Source: a bacterium
GTDB lineage: Archaea > Thermoplasmatota > E2 > JACPAO01 > JAHFTW01
DNA length: 64,000 nucleotides
Assembly: GCA_040390065.1 (NCBI GenBank)
Contig: JAZJZE010000003.1
Coordinates: forward strand, 30,239-94,238
Direction of reading: 5' to 3'
Notes under the pieces: generated by a model
The model's database searches: none
Told to the model about the DNA's origin: nothing
Seen by the model: the letters and a program-made list of their open reading frames with translations, nothing else
Position numbers and translations under genes: made by a program
Shown here: piece after piece, positions 30,595 through 40,508 of the stretch
Position numbering within the stretch: position 1 is the stretch's first letter
Layout of the letters: every line of letters begins with the position of its first letter

Positions 30595-31092
30595 ATGGCG
30601 ACACCGCACGCCGGCATCGCAGTCTCCCGCATGGGCCGATGGGCGCAGCGCAACCCGTCCAAGTTCCGCCACATGCTGAACTGGTACCCTTGCTACCGCG
30701 GCACCGGTGGCCACGTCACCTTCATCGCCGCCGACTGGTCGGAGATGCGCATCCGCCTCAAGCTCAACCGGCGCACCAAGAACTACGTCGGCTCCATCTT
30801 CGGCGGCTCGCTGTACGGTTGCGTCGACCCGATGTTCATGTTCATGCTCATGCACCGCCTCGGCCCCGGTTACACGGCGTGGGACAAGGCGGCCTCGATC
30901 CGCTTCCGCAAGCCGGGCAAGACCACGCTCTTCGCCTCGTGCAAGATGCCGGACGACGAAGTCGCCAACGTGAAGCGGCTGCTGGAGACGGCAGAGAAGG
31001 TCGACCGCACCTACACCGTCGAACTCGTGGACGCGGCCGGCGTCGTGCACGCGTCGGTGGAGAAGGTCGTGAACATCCGGCGCAATCCATGA
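30595..31092 (+). CDS. Hot-dog fold thioesterase-like protein (DUF4442-like)
   Basis: NWYPCYRGTGG, NYVGSIFGGSLYGCVDP, WDKAASIRFRKPG. Confidence 0.85.
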   Translation: MATPHAGIAVSRMGRWAQRNPSKFRHMLNWYPCYRGTGGHVTFIAADWSEMRIRLKLNRRTKNYVGSIFGGSLYGCVDPMFMFMLMHRLGPGYTAWDKAASIRFRKPGKTTLFASCKMPDDEVANVKRLLETAEKVDRTYTVELVDAAGVVHASVEKVVNIRRNP

Positions 31093-31101
31093 CCGGCGCT
31101 T

Positions 31102-31197
31102 CGCCCGACGCCCCCGCCAATCAACCGAGGCAACAGACGCAGCCGACGACGTTGCGACCCTTCGGTTGTGTCGGTTGCATCGGTTGACCGTCGGGCG
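31102..31197. repeat. Dispersed palindromic repeat family B, copy 2
   Basis: TCAACCGAG-GCAACAGAC-GCAGCCGAC ... TCGGTTGTG-TCGGTTGCA-TCGGTTGA; outer CGCCCGACG/CGTCGGGCG. Confidence 0.85.
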
Positions 31198-31334
31198 CAT
31201 GTCAGGGGCCAACCAATCATGACTGCAATCCTGTTGACGACGTGAAACGGGCTATGACGTGCCCTTCGCAGACCTTAGCCTTTCCGGCCTCCGAAATCGG
31301 CACCTCTTTCATGGCGGGACATCATCGATTCGCG

Positions 31335-31685
31335 ATGGTCAGCATGAAGGGGGCCGCCTTCGTCCTTGGCGGCTTGGGCTTGGCCCTCTTCGCAAGCGGC
31401 TTCGTCGTCGCCTTGACCGCGCATCCGCCGTGTGCCAGCGACGCCTGCCCGCCGTGCCCGTCGAGGTTCCCGAACCAGCCCTGCTGGGACACGAAGCCGG
31501 TCACGACGAACATGACGTTCCTGTGGATCGGCGGACTCATCCTGGAGTTCGCGGCCGTCGTCTTCCTGTACCTGCATTTTCGCGACACGAAGCGCCGTGC
31601 GGGACGCCGACCAGGACCCCCCCGGGCGCAGGCCGTCGGCACGCAAGTCAGCGTGACCCAGCGCCAGGCGCCCCGCCGCCGTTGA
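31335..31685 (+). CDS. Small 2-TM protein with Cys-rich loop
   Basis: TM-CASDACPPCPSRFPNQPCW-TM-basic tail. Confidence 0.65.
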   Translation: MVSMKGAAFVLGGLGLALFASGFVVALTAHPPCASDACPPCPSRFPNQPCWDTKPVTTNMTFLWIGGLILEFAAVVFLYLHFRDTKRRAGRRPGPPRAQAVGTQVSVTQRQAPRRR

Positions 31686-31686
31686 A

Positions 31687-33171
31687 TCACATCAGTGGCG
31701 GGACGTCGCCGGCCATCTCGCGCACCGTCATCGGCTTGCCCTCGCCGCCCCGCAAGCCCGCCGTGCTCGTCGGCTTCTTGGCGTAGCGGTCGTCCACGCG
31801 CAGCACCTGGATCGCCATCTCGACGGCTCCGACGAGGGCGACGCGTACGCATAGGGCTGGATCGACGATGCCTGCCGCGTCGGGCGGAAGCCGCATGGCG
31901 AGCGGGTCGAGGCCAAGGTTACGCACCAGGGCATCGGCCACGGCGTCGAGCGCGTCGGCTGCCGCACGCATGCCGAGCGGGGACTTCCCCGGCGCTGCAT
32001 CGGCCGCGCTGCGCAAGGACTTCGCGAGCACGCGCTGCCAACGGCCGCCGCCGGGGACCGCTTCCGGCTCGCGCAGCCAGGCCCCCGCGCAGCGCAGCAA
32101 ACGCTCGCCGTCGTCGCGCGCCTGCGCCTTGGCCAACTCGTTCTCGGCGGGCATGAGCAACGTCGCCGACGGGCCCTTGCCGACGAGCAACCAGCCTCCA
32201 AGGCGGCGGTCACGCTTCTCGAGCTTGCCCTTGCCGAGGTCGGCCCTCTGCGCGTGCGCCAGGCGCGCGACGGGCTGCGCCGACACCGCACGTTCGATGC
32301 GCTGCATGGCGGACGCGGGGGCATCGTTCCAGACGAAGATGCCGGCGCTCTCGCACATGTCGGCAAGGCCTGCCTCGACCTCGCGGTGGCACACGACGAG
32401 GCCGACCCCAAGCCCTTGGAGATGCCCAAGCGCTTCGGCCCGCATCGCGTCCTCGTTGGCGGACCACACGCCGAGCGTGTGTTTGGCCGTCATCTTGTAC
32501 GACATGCCTTCCTTGAACGTGCCAGGCCGCCAGTCGTCGCTCAGAAGAAGCACGCGGACCTCCCCGGTCGGCGGGGCGCGCGGGATGCGCTGCGGCCGGA
32601 CCAGTACGCCGGGCAACCATGATGCCGAAGCGCCTTCTGCCACGACGTCGATGGCATCCAAAGGCAGCGTGTCGCGTCCCTTCCCCAAGCGCTGCAGGCC
32701 TTCAGCGACGAGGGCTGCAAGGCCCGGCTGGCCCGGGACGACGCCCTTGAGGGAGTCGGCGGCCGGGTCAGGCGCCGCGATGGACGAAAGGGTGGCGCGC
32801 GCCTGGCGCAGTGCGAGAGAATACCCGTCGAGGTAGGCTGCGGCAGGAACGCCGCCTTCGATGCCATTGCAGGCGTTGCGGATCATCCGCGCGGCCAGCA
32901 AGAGTGACGCGGTGGCCTGGTCCCCGGCGTGTTCCTGAACGGCGCCCGCAAGGTCGGCGTAGGGCTGCACGTCCGGGTCTGCCGGTGCGACTTCGCGCAG
33001 CGCGCTGGCGCCGGACGCCAGGACGCGCACCGACCCGTCGGACTGCTGGATGGCCTTGGCCAACCCGCGCGGCCCGTAGCAGGGCTCGGCGAACTCGAGG
33101 ACCGCTTCCGCCGCGAGGCGGACGCGTGCGCGCAGGCTGAACGTGCCCTCGCCTTCGCGCGCCTCCTCCAT
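31687..33171 (-). CDS. Highly divergent group II chaperonin-like (TCP-1/cpn60 fold) protein
   Basis: CYGPRGLAK, GDQATA, VPGGG, GIVDP, VLRVDD are collinear with thermosome motifs [29 protein letters not shown]. Confidence 0.85.
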   Translation of the reverse strand: MEEAREGEGTFSLRARVRLAAEAVLEFAEPCYGPRGLAKAIQQSDGSVRVLASGASALREVAPADPDVQPYADLAGAVQEHAGDQATASLLLAARMIRNACNGIEGGVPAAAYLDGYSLALRQARATLSSIAAPDPAADSLKGVVPGQPGLAALVAEGLQRLGKGRDTLPLDAIDVVAEGASASWLPGVLVRPQRIPRAPPTGEVRVLLLSDDWRPGTFKEGMSYKMTAKHTLGVWSANEDAMRAEALGHLQGLGVGLVVCHREVEAGLADMCESAGIFVWNDAPASAMQRIERAVSAQPVARLAHAQRADLGKGKLEKRDRRLGGWLLVGKGPSATLLMPAENELAKAQARDDGERLLRCAGAWLREPEAVPGGGRWQRVLAKSLRSAADAAPGKSPLGMRAAADALDAVADALVRNLGLDPLAMRLPPDAAGIVDPALCVRVALVGAVEMAIQVLRVDDRYAKKPTSTAGLRGGEGKPMTVREMAGDVPPLM

Positions 33172-33276
33172 GCGGCGGCGACCCCGGTTGGCGCCTTAAC
33201 GCCGACGGCCGGCAGGCTGTGTTTCTCCTGGAGGAATTGCCCACAGGTTTTAAGCCGGGGCAACTTCGCGGCCCCA

Positions 33277-34389
33277 ATGAGTTCCCTCCTGGACACGGTC
33301 GCGTCCGCCGTGGACCGGTCCTGGCCCTGGTTCGTCGCCCTGGGAACCTTCGTGCTCGTCGTCGTGGCCATCCGCACATTGTGGCGGATGCAGGCGCGAC
33401 ACCATGTCGCGGAGCCTCGCGGCAAGGCCAAGGTCATCGTGGCCATCGTGGCGTCTCTGCTGCTCGGCTTCGGCGGCTACTACGAATTCGCCAAGTGGCA
33501 GGACGCGTCGCACGAGGGCATGCATGACACGCTCATCACGGCCCTCAACAAGACGATCGGCGAGGGCAAGTATCTCGACAACGCCCACACGATCGAGAAG
33601 CGGCCAGGCACCATCGCGTCCGCCATCGTCAAGCTCGAAGGATACAACGCGACGCTCGCCGGGATGGCCCCCACCGATCCAGCGTACCCGGACGCGATGG
33701 CCAACAAGACGACCACGTGGCTGGCGCTCAACCAGAGCCGGACCGACTTGCGCGACGCCCAGGTCCAACTGCGCATGTTGACGCCGAACCACATCCTCTG
33801 GCACAAGGTGCTACCTCTGCTCCTCGACCACCGCGACGACGAGGCCGAGGACGTCATCGTGCGCTCGGTCTCCACCGCCACCATCACCGACCCCGACGTG
33901 CTCGGGCCCCTCGGCGGCGACGACAGCCCGTGCGCCCGCGACGCGCAGGGCCACTGCTCCTTGCCGCTGCAACCGGCCATCATCGTCAACTCCTACGTCG
34001 ACCTGCACGGCAACCAGGTGCCCTACTCGCTGGACGGGCCGCGCGTCTTCGAGAACCAGCGCGAGTTCAACGCGCAGATGGACCTGCACCTGCGGTGGTT
34101 CGTCTACCCAGGCCTGACCGGATTGTTCCTGGCGCCCTTCGCCTTCACCGGCGGCCACATCCTCAACAAGTCCTACGAGCCGTCGACGACGGTCGGCTTC
34201 AAGAAGTACCCCGGCAAGGCGGCCGGCTTCTTCCTGCTGGCCATGGCGGGGGCCGGTATGCTCAGCATCCCGACGCCGCTGTTCAAGGCGCCGCCGCTGG
34301 ACATGTTCGGCATCTTCGCCATCCCGTTTGCCGCCTGGGTGCTGCGCGACTTGCACACCCGCAGCCTCGAAGGCCAGATCGCACTCTAG
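33277..34389 (+). CDS. Hypothetical membrane protein with large extracytoplasmic loop
   Basis: 2 N-terminal and about 3 C-terminal TM segments; TTTTAAG TATA-like box upstream. Confidence 0.78.
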   Translation: MSSLLDTVASAVDRSWPWFVALGTFVLVVVAIRTLWRMQARHHVAEPRGKAKVIVAIVASLLLGFGGYYEFAKWQDASHEGMHDTLITALNKTIGEGKYLDNAHTIEKRPGTIASAIVKLEGYNATLAGMAPTDPAYPDAMANKTTTWLALNQSRTDLRDAQVQLRMLTPNHILWHKVLPLLLDHRDDEAEDVIVRSVSTATITDPDVLGPLGGDDSPCARDAQGHCSLPLQPAIIVNSYVDLHGNQVPYSLDGPRVFENQREFNAQMDLHLRWFVYPGLTGLFLAPFAFTGGHILNKSYEPSTTVGFKKYPGKAAGFFLLAMAGAGMLSIPTPLFKAPPLDMFGIFAIPFAAWVLRDLHTRSLEGQIAL

Positions 34390-34592
34390 CATTGCGCAGA
34401 ATCCGTCCGGTCGGTCATCGATCTGAGGCGGGCATTTCGCCGATTCCCTCCGGTCGGTCATCGATCTGGATGCCCCGCAGATTGACCAAACCCGCCTGAC
34501 ACAATCGGCGGAATCGGTTCCCCGTCCGTGCGATTGCAAGACGTGCAAGAGCCCACCAGGACGATGCCCGAGATCGCAGCGGAATCTGTGGA
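34389..34592 (+). repeat. Dispersed repeat family A, copy 2 (left subunit duplicated, 43-nt period)
   Basis: 45-nt identity with copy 1; TCCGGTCGGTCATCGATCTG present twice 43 nt apart; ends GCGGAATCTGTGGA. Confidence 0.9.
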
Positions 34593-34661
34593 CGAAGGGG
34601 GCGCCAACCAGACCTGGTTCAACTCGAAACCCGTTTATCCCTGGTGCGGCGTGATTGAAGC

Positions 34662-35606
34662 ATGTTCCGGGCCCAGGTCGCCGACTTCTACCGGGCGAAG
34701 GGCTACCAGGTCCGGGAGAATCCGCGCGTGCGGGGCCAATCCGAATCCATCTACGCCGTCGAGATGGTGGCCGAAGGCCCGCTTGGCGCGCTCCTCATCT
34801 CATTCGGCGACGCCGGCGGCGTGGATGCCATCGAGGTCAGCCGTGTGCGCACACTCGCGCGCGACATCGGCGCAACGCCCGTGATTGCCGCGCCGGAGAT
34901 CACGCCCGACCTGCGCCGCATGGCCGCCCAGTTCGCCGTCGTCGTCGTGGACCAGGCCACGCTGGCGCAGCCCGACGACGTCGTTGCCCGCGTGCCGATG
35001 AGCAATGCCGACGACCTGCGCCGCGACCTCGACGCCCACCCGTGGCCGGCGTCCGGTCGCGCCCGGCCCGACGAGCCCGCCGCCATGGATCCGCAGGACG
35101 TCGACGTCCTCCTCTCCCAACTCGGAAGTTCGCGGCCCGTCGAGAAGCCCCGCGGCGATGGCTCAGGTCTGTGGAAGCGTACCGTGTCAAGGCCCCCCGC
35201 GGCGCGGCTGCCGAGCCCCGACGCTCCCATGCCGGCGACCTCCGTGCCGCCAGCAGCTGCGGCGCCCGTCGTCACGGCGCCAGCGACGCCCACGCGCAAG
35301 TTCAACTGGCTCACGCAAGGGGTTGCCGACGTCGCCCCGGCGCAATCCGACGGCCCGACGCTGGAAGACATGATGCCGCGACCCGTGGCAACCGAGCCTG
35401 CGCCCATCGAGGTCGACGAAGCGCTCCTGACCCACGAGGCGACCATTGCGGCTCGCCGCTCGACGATCCTTGAACGTGTCGGGGACGTGGCCGGCGACAT
35501 CCGCGAACGCGCTGCCGAGACGGACCGCACCGCCCTCGTCAAGTTCGGACTGTTTGTCCTAGGCGGCGCCGTCGCGTTGTTCCTCGTCATCCGCTGGCTG
35601 ACCTAG
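34662..35606 (+). CDS. Mrr-like (PD-(D/E)XK fold) N-domain, Pro-rich linker, C-terminal TM anchor
   Basis: FRAQVADFYRAKGYQV..VRGQS..VEMVAE resembles the Mrr_cat start; the ExK/QxK motif is replaced by SFG; C-terminal TM. Confidence 0.65.
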   Translation: MFRAQVADFYRAKGYQVRENPRVRGQSESIYAVEMVAEGPLGALLISFGDAGGVDAIEVSRVRTLARDIGATPVIAAPEITPDLRRMAAQFAVVVVDQATLAQPDDVVARVPMSNADDLRRDLDAHPWPASGRARPDEPAAMDPQDVDVLLSQLGSSRPVEKPRGDGSGLWKRTVSRPPAARLPSPDAPMPATSVPPAAAAPVVTAPATPTRKFNWLTQGVADVAPAQSDGPTLEDMMPRPVATEPAPIEVDEALLTHEATIAARRSTILERVGDVAGDIRERAAETDRTALVKFGLFVLGGAVALFLVIRWLT

Positions 35607-35852
35607 TGCAGGGGCCGGGCGTTTCAGGATGGCCATGCGGTCGAGGCCCGCGGCCCCGATCTGGCCGGAGAGTTCCTTCTGCATCAGGCCGACTGCCCAG
35701 TCGCGGAAGCGGTCCGACATGGCGTAGGCCTCGCACGGTTGCACGTCCGGGGGCAGCACGTCGCCGGGTTTCCGCCGCATGACGCGGTCCTCGTAGCCGG
35801 CGCAGCGAGGACAATGGGTTCCCGGCACGACGCGACGAGTGCTTGCCGCCAT
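35559..35852 (-). CDS. Small hypothetical protein with CPRC motif
   Basis: ATG ORF MAASTRRVVPGTHCPRC...; overlaps the convergent gene by about 48 nt. Confidence 0.4.
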   Translation of the reverse strand: MAASTRRVVPGTHCPRCAGYEDRVMRRKPGDVLPPDVQPCEAYAMSDRFRDWAVGLMQKELSGQIGAAGLDRMAILKRPAPALGQPADDEEQRDGAA

Positions 35853-35918
35853 TTGGTTGCTGGCTTTCACCACGGCTGTCCCGCAAGGGCCTTCGCTGCT
35901 TGCGAGAGAAGAACGGTC

Positions 35919-35990
35919 ATGCAACTGTCGGTTTTCCTGGCCATCTCGGCCGCCGCCATCCTCGCGTTCCTTCCGACGTTGACCTGGTAG
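35919..35990 (+). CDS. Putative 23-aa single-TM micropeptide
   Basis: MQLSVFLAISAAAILAFLPTLTW with host-like codons; stop abuts the convergent DUF998 gene. Confidence 0.4.
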   Translation: MQLSVFLAISAAAILAFLPTLTW

Positions 35991-35992
35991 GC

Positions 35993-36652
35993 CTACACCG
36001 GCGTCGTTTGCGTAGCCGGCCAGGCGCGGGCAACGCGTTGCAAATGCACGCCGCTTACGACCACCCAAAGCAGGTACGCGGCGATGAGGAACCTCTCCAT
36101 GACGCCCTCGTAGGGAGCTGCCGCCGGCGGGCCGACGACGGGGACGAGGTGCGCCACGAAGGCACCCACCGCAAGCCAAGTGGTGAAGGTCGACGCGCGC
36201 CCGACCAAGCGCCAGCGGGGGTCGCGACGGAAGGCCCGCGAGAAGACGACGAAGGCGATGAGGATGAGGAGGAAGGACGAACCGGCGAGGATGAAGTGGA
36301 TCCAACCCGATGGCGTCGAGGGCACGAGCGTCCGGTCCGTGTGGAAGACCCCGAGAAGGCCAATCTGCGGTCCCGCGACGACGAGCAGACGGCATGCGCG
36401 CCGCTTGCCCTGTCCGGGCACGACGGTGCGGTGAAGCGCCCACGCCAACAAGACGAGGCCGAACCCAACCAGGATGAAGGCCGCGTCGAGGAGAGCGCCG
36501 TTCTGGCCGAGAGCGAGTTCGCTCACGGGGCGGGACGAGGCCGCCGGGCCCTGGACGGCGTTCTCGAAGACGGTGGCGGCAACGAAGAGCGCCACGGCCG
36601 ACAGGACGAACCACGAGGTGGCCTGGAGGCGAATGGTTGCGGCCACCTTCAC
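35993..36652 (-). CDS. DUF998-like membrane protein
   Basis: PVSELALG, GVFHTD, WIH, GVMER motifs; 6 TM segments. Confidence 0.8.
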   Translation of the reverse strand: MKVAATIRLQATSWFVLSAVALFVAATVFENAVQGPAASSRPVSELALGQNGALLDAAFILVGFGLVLLAWALHRTVVPGQGKRRACRLLVVAGPQIGLLGVFHTDRTLVPSTPSGWIHFILAGSSFLLILIAFVVFSRAFRRDPRWRLVGRASTFTTWLAVGAFVAHLVPVVGPPAAAPYEGVMERFLIAAYLLWVVVSGVHLQRVARAWPATQTTPV

Positions 36653-36811
36653 GAGGCGGAGGGTGCCTTGCCAGGATAAACGGCCGACGGTCGGGGACGC
36701 CAAGATTGTCCCTGTTGGGGCGAATGATTTCACGCAACCGGAACGAACCCTATTCAAACCCTCCATCCCTGGAGAGCATGGGATGCCATGGATGAACGGG
36801 GAGACCTCCTG

Positions 36812-38986
36812 ATGGTGAGCGCGAGCCAGAAGGCCAAAGCCGCGGATGCGACCGAGAAGCCGTCGAAGGCCAAGGCGCCGATTGCCGAATCCCTGGCGCT
36901 TACACAGAAGGAGATCTCCGTCGCCGAGTTCTTCGAGCGCAACCGCCAGATCCTCGGTTTCGACTCGCCCATCAAGGCGCTCATCACCGCCATCAAGGAG
37001 GCAACCGACAACTCCCTCGACGCCTGCGAGGAGGCGGGCCTCCTGCCGGACATCGAGGTCACGGTCAACAAGACGAACCACCCTGACGAGTTGCAGGTCG
37101 TCGTCGAGGACAACGGCCCCGGCATCGTGAAACGACAGATGCCCAACATCTTCGCGCGCCTGCTGTACGGCTCGCGCTTCCACGCCATCCGCCAGAGCCG
37201 CGGCCAGCAGGGCATCGGCATCTCCGCCGTCGTCCTCTACAGCCAACTCACTGCTGGCCACCACGCTGTCGTCACGTCCAAGATCGGCGTCGGGCACCCC
37301 GCCGTCCGCATGGAACTGGGGATGAACACCAAGAAGAACGAGCCGGAGATCTACGCCACGGAGATGGACGAGGCATGGACGAAACCGCACGGCACGCGCA
37401 TCTCCGTCCAGATCAAGGCCAAGTTCCAGGGCGGCCGCCAGAGCGCCTTCGAGTTCCTGCGCAGCACGTCCATCGTCAACCCCCACGCGCGCATCACCTT
37501 CACGGACCCCAACGGCGAGCGCACCGTCTTCGAGCGCGTCAGCGACGAAGTGCCGGCCAAGACGCAGGAGATCAAGCCTCACCCGTACGGCACCGAACTC
37601 GGGACGCTCCTGGCGATGGCGGCGAACGCCAAGCAGCGCAAACTCAGCACGTTCCTGCAGGAGGAGTTCTCCTCCGTCGGCTCCGACACGGCGAAGAAGA
37701 TCCTCGATGCCGCCGACCTCTCCAACGTCGACCCGAAGGAATTGTCACGCGAGGAGGCCCGGCGCCTGCACGAGTCCCTGCCCAAGGTCAAGATCATGGC
37801 CCCGCCGACGAACTGCCTCTCCCCCATCGGCGAGCAGCTGGTGCGCCGCGGCCTCAAGGTGCAGACGCAGGACGTGAGCCCCGAATACATCACGACCGTG
37901 ACGCGCCCGCCAGCCGTGTGGGGCGGCCATCCGTTCCAAGTCGAAGTCGGCATCGTCTACGGCGGCACGCTGCCGGCCGATACGGAAGTGCGGATCCTGC
38001 GCTTTGCCAATCGCGTCCCGCTCCTCTACCAAGGCGGCGGCTGCGCGAGCACGGTCGCCGTGCAGGACGTCGATTGGCGCAGGTACGGACTGGAGCAACG
38101 CAGCGGCAAGGGGATGCCGAGCGGCCCCGCCATCGTCGCGGTCCACGTCGCCAGCACGAAGGTCCCGTTCACCTCGGAGGCCAAGGAGGCCATCGCCCCG
38201 ATGGACGAGATCAGCAAGGAGATCAAGCTCGCCTTGCAGGAAGCGGCCCGTGGCCTTGGCCGGCACCTGGCGAAGAAGGCAAAGCGTGCAAAGGTCTCGG
38301 AGAAGTTCAAGCTCGTCACCCAGATCCTGCCGCAGATCAACAAGAAGGCCGCGTCGGTGCTGGGGAAGCCCGAAGTCGACCTGGCCGCCATCGTCTGCAA
38401 GATCATGGACGTCGTCTGGGTCGAGGACCCGGTCGTCGAATACGAGAAGCTCGAAGGCCAGATGCTGGCTCCGCTTCCGGCCAAGCCCCAGAACGAGACG
38501 GCAGCAGCCGCGGCCGACGTCCCCGACGCCGCGCCCACCAAGAAGGCCAAGCCGGATGCCAAGGCTGACGTGAAGAAGGGCAAGAAGGCCGCCACGTTGG
38601 ACTCCTTCGAGCCCGACCTGCCGGCCGCGGACGCAACCCCAGCATCGCCGGCAGAAGCACCCAAACCGCGCCAGGCCTTCCTCGGCAAGGCCGGCATCGC
38701 CATGACGAACTACATGATGGGCAGCAAGAAGTTCCGCTTCTTCGTCGTCCTGCCCGACCGGAGCGTCTTCGTGTCCGCCGAGCCCAAGCCGAAGCATGTC
38801 AAGGAACGCTACATCGAGTGGGAGATCCCGCCGCTCAAGCCGACGGAGAAGACGACCGTGAAGTTCCAGATCGCGGGCGTCGACAAGGGGGGCCTCGACG
38901 ACGTCGAGACCTTTGCTCAGGGCATCCACGAGACGCACATCGTGGGAGCCGACCCGTGGCACGGAGATGAAGGAGGCGAATCCTGA
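36812..38986 (+). CDS. top6B: DNA topoisomerase VI subunit B
   Basis: [58 protein letters not shown]. Confidence 0.97.
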   Translation: MVSASQKAKAADATEKPSKAKAPIAESLALTQKEISVAEFFERNRQILGFDSPIKALITAIKEATDNSLDACEEAGLLPDIEVTVNKTNHPDELQVVVEDNGPGIVKRQMPNIFARLLYGSRFHAIRQSRGQQGIGISAVVLYSQLTAGHHAVVTSKIGVGHPAVRMELGMNTKKNEPEIYATEMDEAWTKPHGTRISVQIKAKFQGGRQSAFEFLRSTSIVNPHARITFTDPNGERTVFERVSDEVPAKTQEIKPHPYGTELGTLLAMAANAKQRKLSTFLQEEFSSVGSDTAKKILDAADLSNVDPKELSREEARRLHESLPKVKIMAPPTNCLSPIGEQLVRRGLKVQTQDVSPEYITTVTRPPAVWGGHPFQVEVGIVYGGTLPADTEVRILRFANRVPLLYQGGGCASTVAVQDVDWRRYGLEQRSGKGMPSGPAIVAVHVASTKVPFTSEAKEAIAPMDEISKEIKLALQEAARGLGRHLAKKAKRAKVSEKFKLVTQILPQINKKAASVLGKPEVDLAAIVCKIMDVVWVEDPVVEYEKLEGQMLAPLPAKPQNETAAAAADVPDAAPTKKAKPDAKADVKKGKKAATLDSFEPDLPAADATPASPAEAPKPRQAFLGKAGIAMTNYMMGSKKFRFFVVLPDRSVFVSAEPKPKHVKERYIEWEIPPLKPTEKTTVKFQIAGVDKGGLDDVETFAQGIHETHIVGADPWHGDEGGES

Positions 38987-40122
38987 TGGCATCCAAGAAC
39001 AGCCCCGAACCAGGAAAGCGCGACACGAAGGCCGTGCGCGAAGCCTCCGCCACGAAGGCTCTCGACGGCATCGCCGGAACCATCTACACGCATCTCAAGT
39101 CGGCCAGCATCCCCGAAGTGCAGGTCTCGAGCCGCAACAAGGGCAACATCGTCTGGGACACCAAGCACTCCGTCTGGAAGTACGGCAAGGAAATGACGAC
39201 GCGCTCGGCGAAGTCCCTCGACGGCGCCTACATGCTGCTGCGCACGATGTACCTCACGGATTTCATCAAGCAGATGATCGGCGAGAACAAGTCCTCCACG
39301 CTGCGTGAGATGTACTACATCAGCGAGGGCTGGGACCTCGCGAAATTCCACAGCCAGGACGAATCCGACTTGCTGGCAGAGGACTTGGAGGTCATGACCG
39401 GCTCGATGCGCGAGGACTTCAAACTGCGGCCCGAGGAGAACGGCGCCGCCATGATGGGCGACTTGCGCGTCGTCGAGACCACCCGCAACGGAGAGAAGCG
39501 CACGATGCACTGTGCCGACGACGTGGGCGACGCCGGCTACAACATCCCCTACAACGTCGAGCCCGACCGGTTGGCCTTCAAGGACGTCAACACCGATTTC
39601 GTCGTCGCCATCGAGACCGGCGGCATGTTCGCGCGCCTCGTGGAGAACGGCTTCGACACGAAGTACAACTGCACCCTGGTACACCTCAAGGGCCAGCCGG
39701 CGCGCAGCACGCGTCGCCTCATCAAGCGCCTCAACGAGGAATGCGCCCAACCCGTCGTCGTCTTCACCGACGGCGACCCCTGGTCCTTCCGCATCTTCGC
39801 GAGCGTCGCATACGGCGCCATCAAGACGGCCCACATCTCGGAATACCTGGCAACGCCCACGGCGCAATTCCTCGGCGTCACCCCGTCGGACATCATCAAC
39901 TACGACCTGCCGACGGACAAACTCACGGAGCAGGACGTCGACGCCCTCAAGGCGGAACTCGACGACCCACGGTTCGAGGACGACTACTGGAAGGGCGAAA
40001 TCAACCTGCAACTGGAGATGCAGAAGAAGTCCGAACAGCAGGCGCTCGCCAAGTACGGCCTGAACTTCGTGACGGACACGTACCTGCCTGAGAAACTGCA
40101 GGCGATGGGGATCCTGAAGTAG
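38986..40122 (+). CDS. top6A: DNA topoisomerase VI subunit A
   Basis: STLREMYY catalytic Tyr region, AIETGG, KGQP, TDGDPW Toprim motif. Confidence 0.97.
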   Translation: MASKNSPEPGKRDTKAVREASATKALDGIAGTIYTHLKSASIPEVQVSSRNKGNIVWDTKHSVWKYGKEMTTRSAKSLDGAYMLLRTMYLTDFIKQMIGENKSSTLREMYYISEGWDLAKFHSQDESDLLAEDLEVMTGSMREDFKLRPEENGAAMMGDLRVVETTRNGEKRTMHCADDVGDAGYNIPYNVEPDRLAFKDVNTDFVVAIETGGMFARLVENGFDTKYNCTLVHLKGQPARSTRRLIKRLNEECAQPVVVFTDGDPWSFRIFASVAYGAIKTAHISEYLATPTAQFLGVTPSDIINYDLPTDKLTEQDVDALKAELDDPRFEDDYWKGEINLQLEMQKKSEQQALAKYGLNFVTDTYLPEKLQAMGILK

Positions 40123-40201
40123 CCCGGACCCGGGCCGGCAAATGTCCGAATTCACCCGGGTCACGAAAGTAACCTTCCGTCGCATCAGCACATCCCCATC
40201 C

Positions 40202-40387
40202 ATGGCGCACAAGCCAGAACTCGTGACGACCGGCACGGTCGGTCGCGCCCTCAAGATGCACGTCCCGAAATGCATTGCCGCACGGCTGCGCATTCCCAAC
40301 GGCGGCGGCGTCGGGTTCCTCATCAACGACCATGGGGACATCGTCATGCGCCGCCTCCCCGACGTCCGGCCGCGCCGGCATCCCTAA
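40202..40387 (+). CDS. AbrB/MazE/SpoVT-like small DNA-binding protein
   Basis: TVGRALKMHVPKCIAARLRI..GGGVGFLI swapped-hairpin pattern. Confidence 0.6.
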   Translation: MAHKPELVTTGTVGRALKMHVPKCIAARLRIPNGGGVGFLINDHGDIVMRRLPDVRPRRHP

Positions 40388-40508
40388 TCAGGTGGTGGTT
40401 CGAGGATTTGTGAGGTGCCGGCCGAGATCCCTTTCGTCGCGTTGGTGACAAGAACCCGAAAAGTTACTTTCCCAATCCAGGTGCCCGCGCGCGCCGCCGA
40501 CGCGCCGT

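Noticed and set aside
30469-31197. CRISPR interpretation of family A/B repeats
   Set aside because: No identical repeats separated by unique, regularly sized spacers, and no cas genes.
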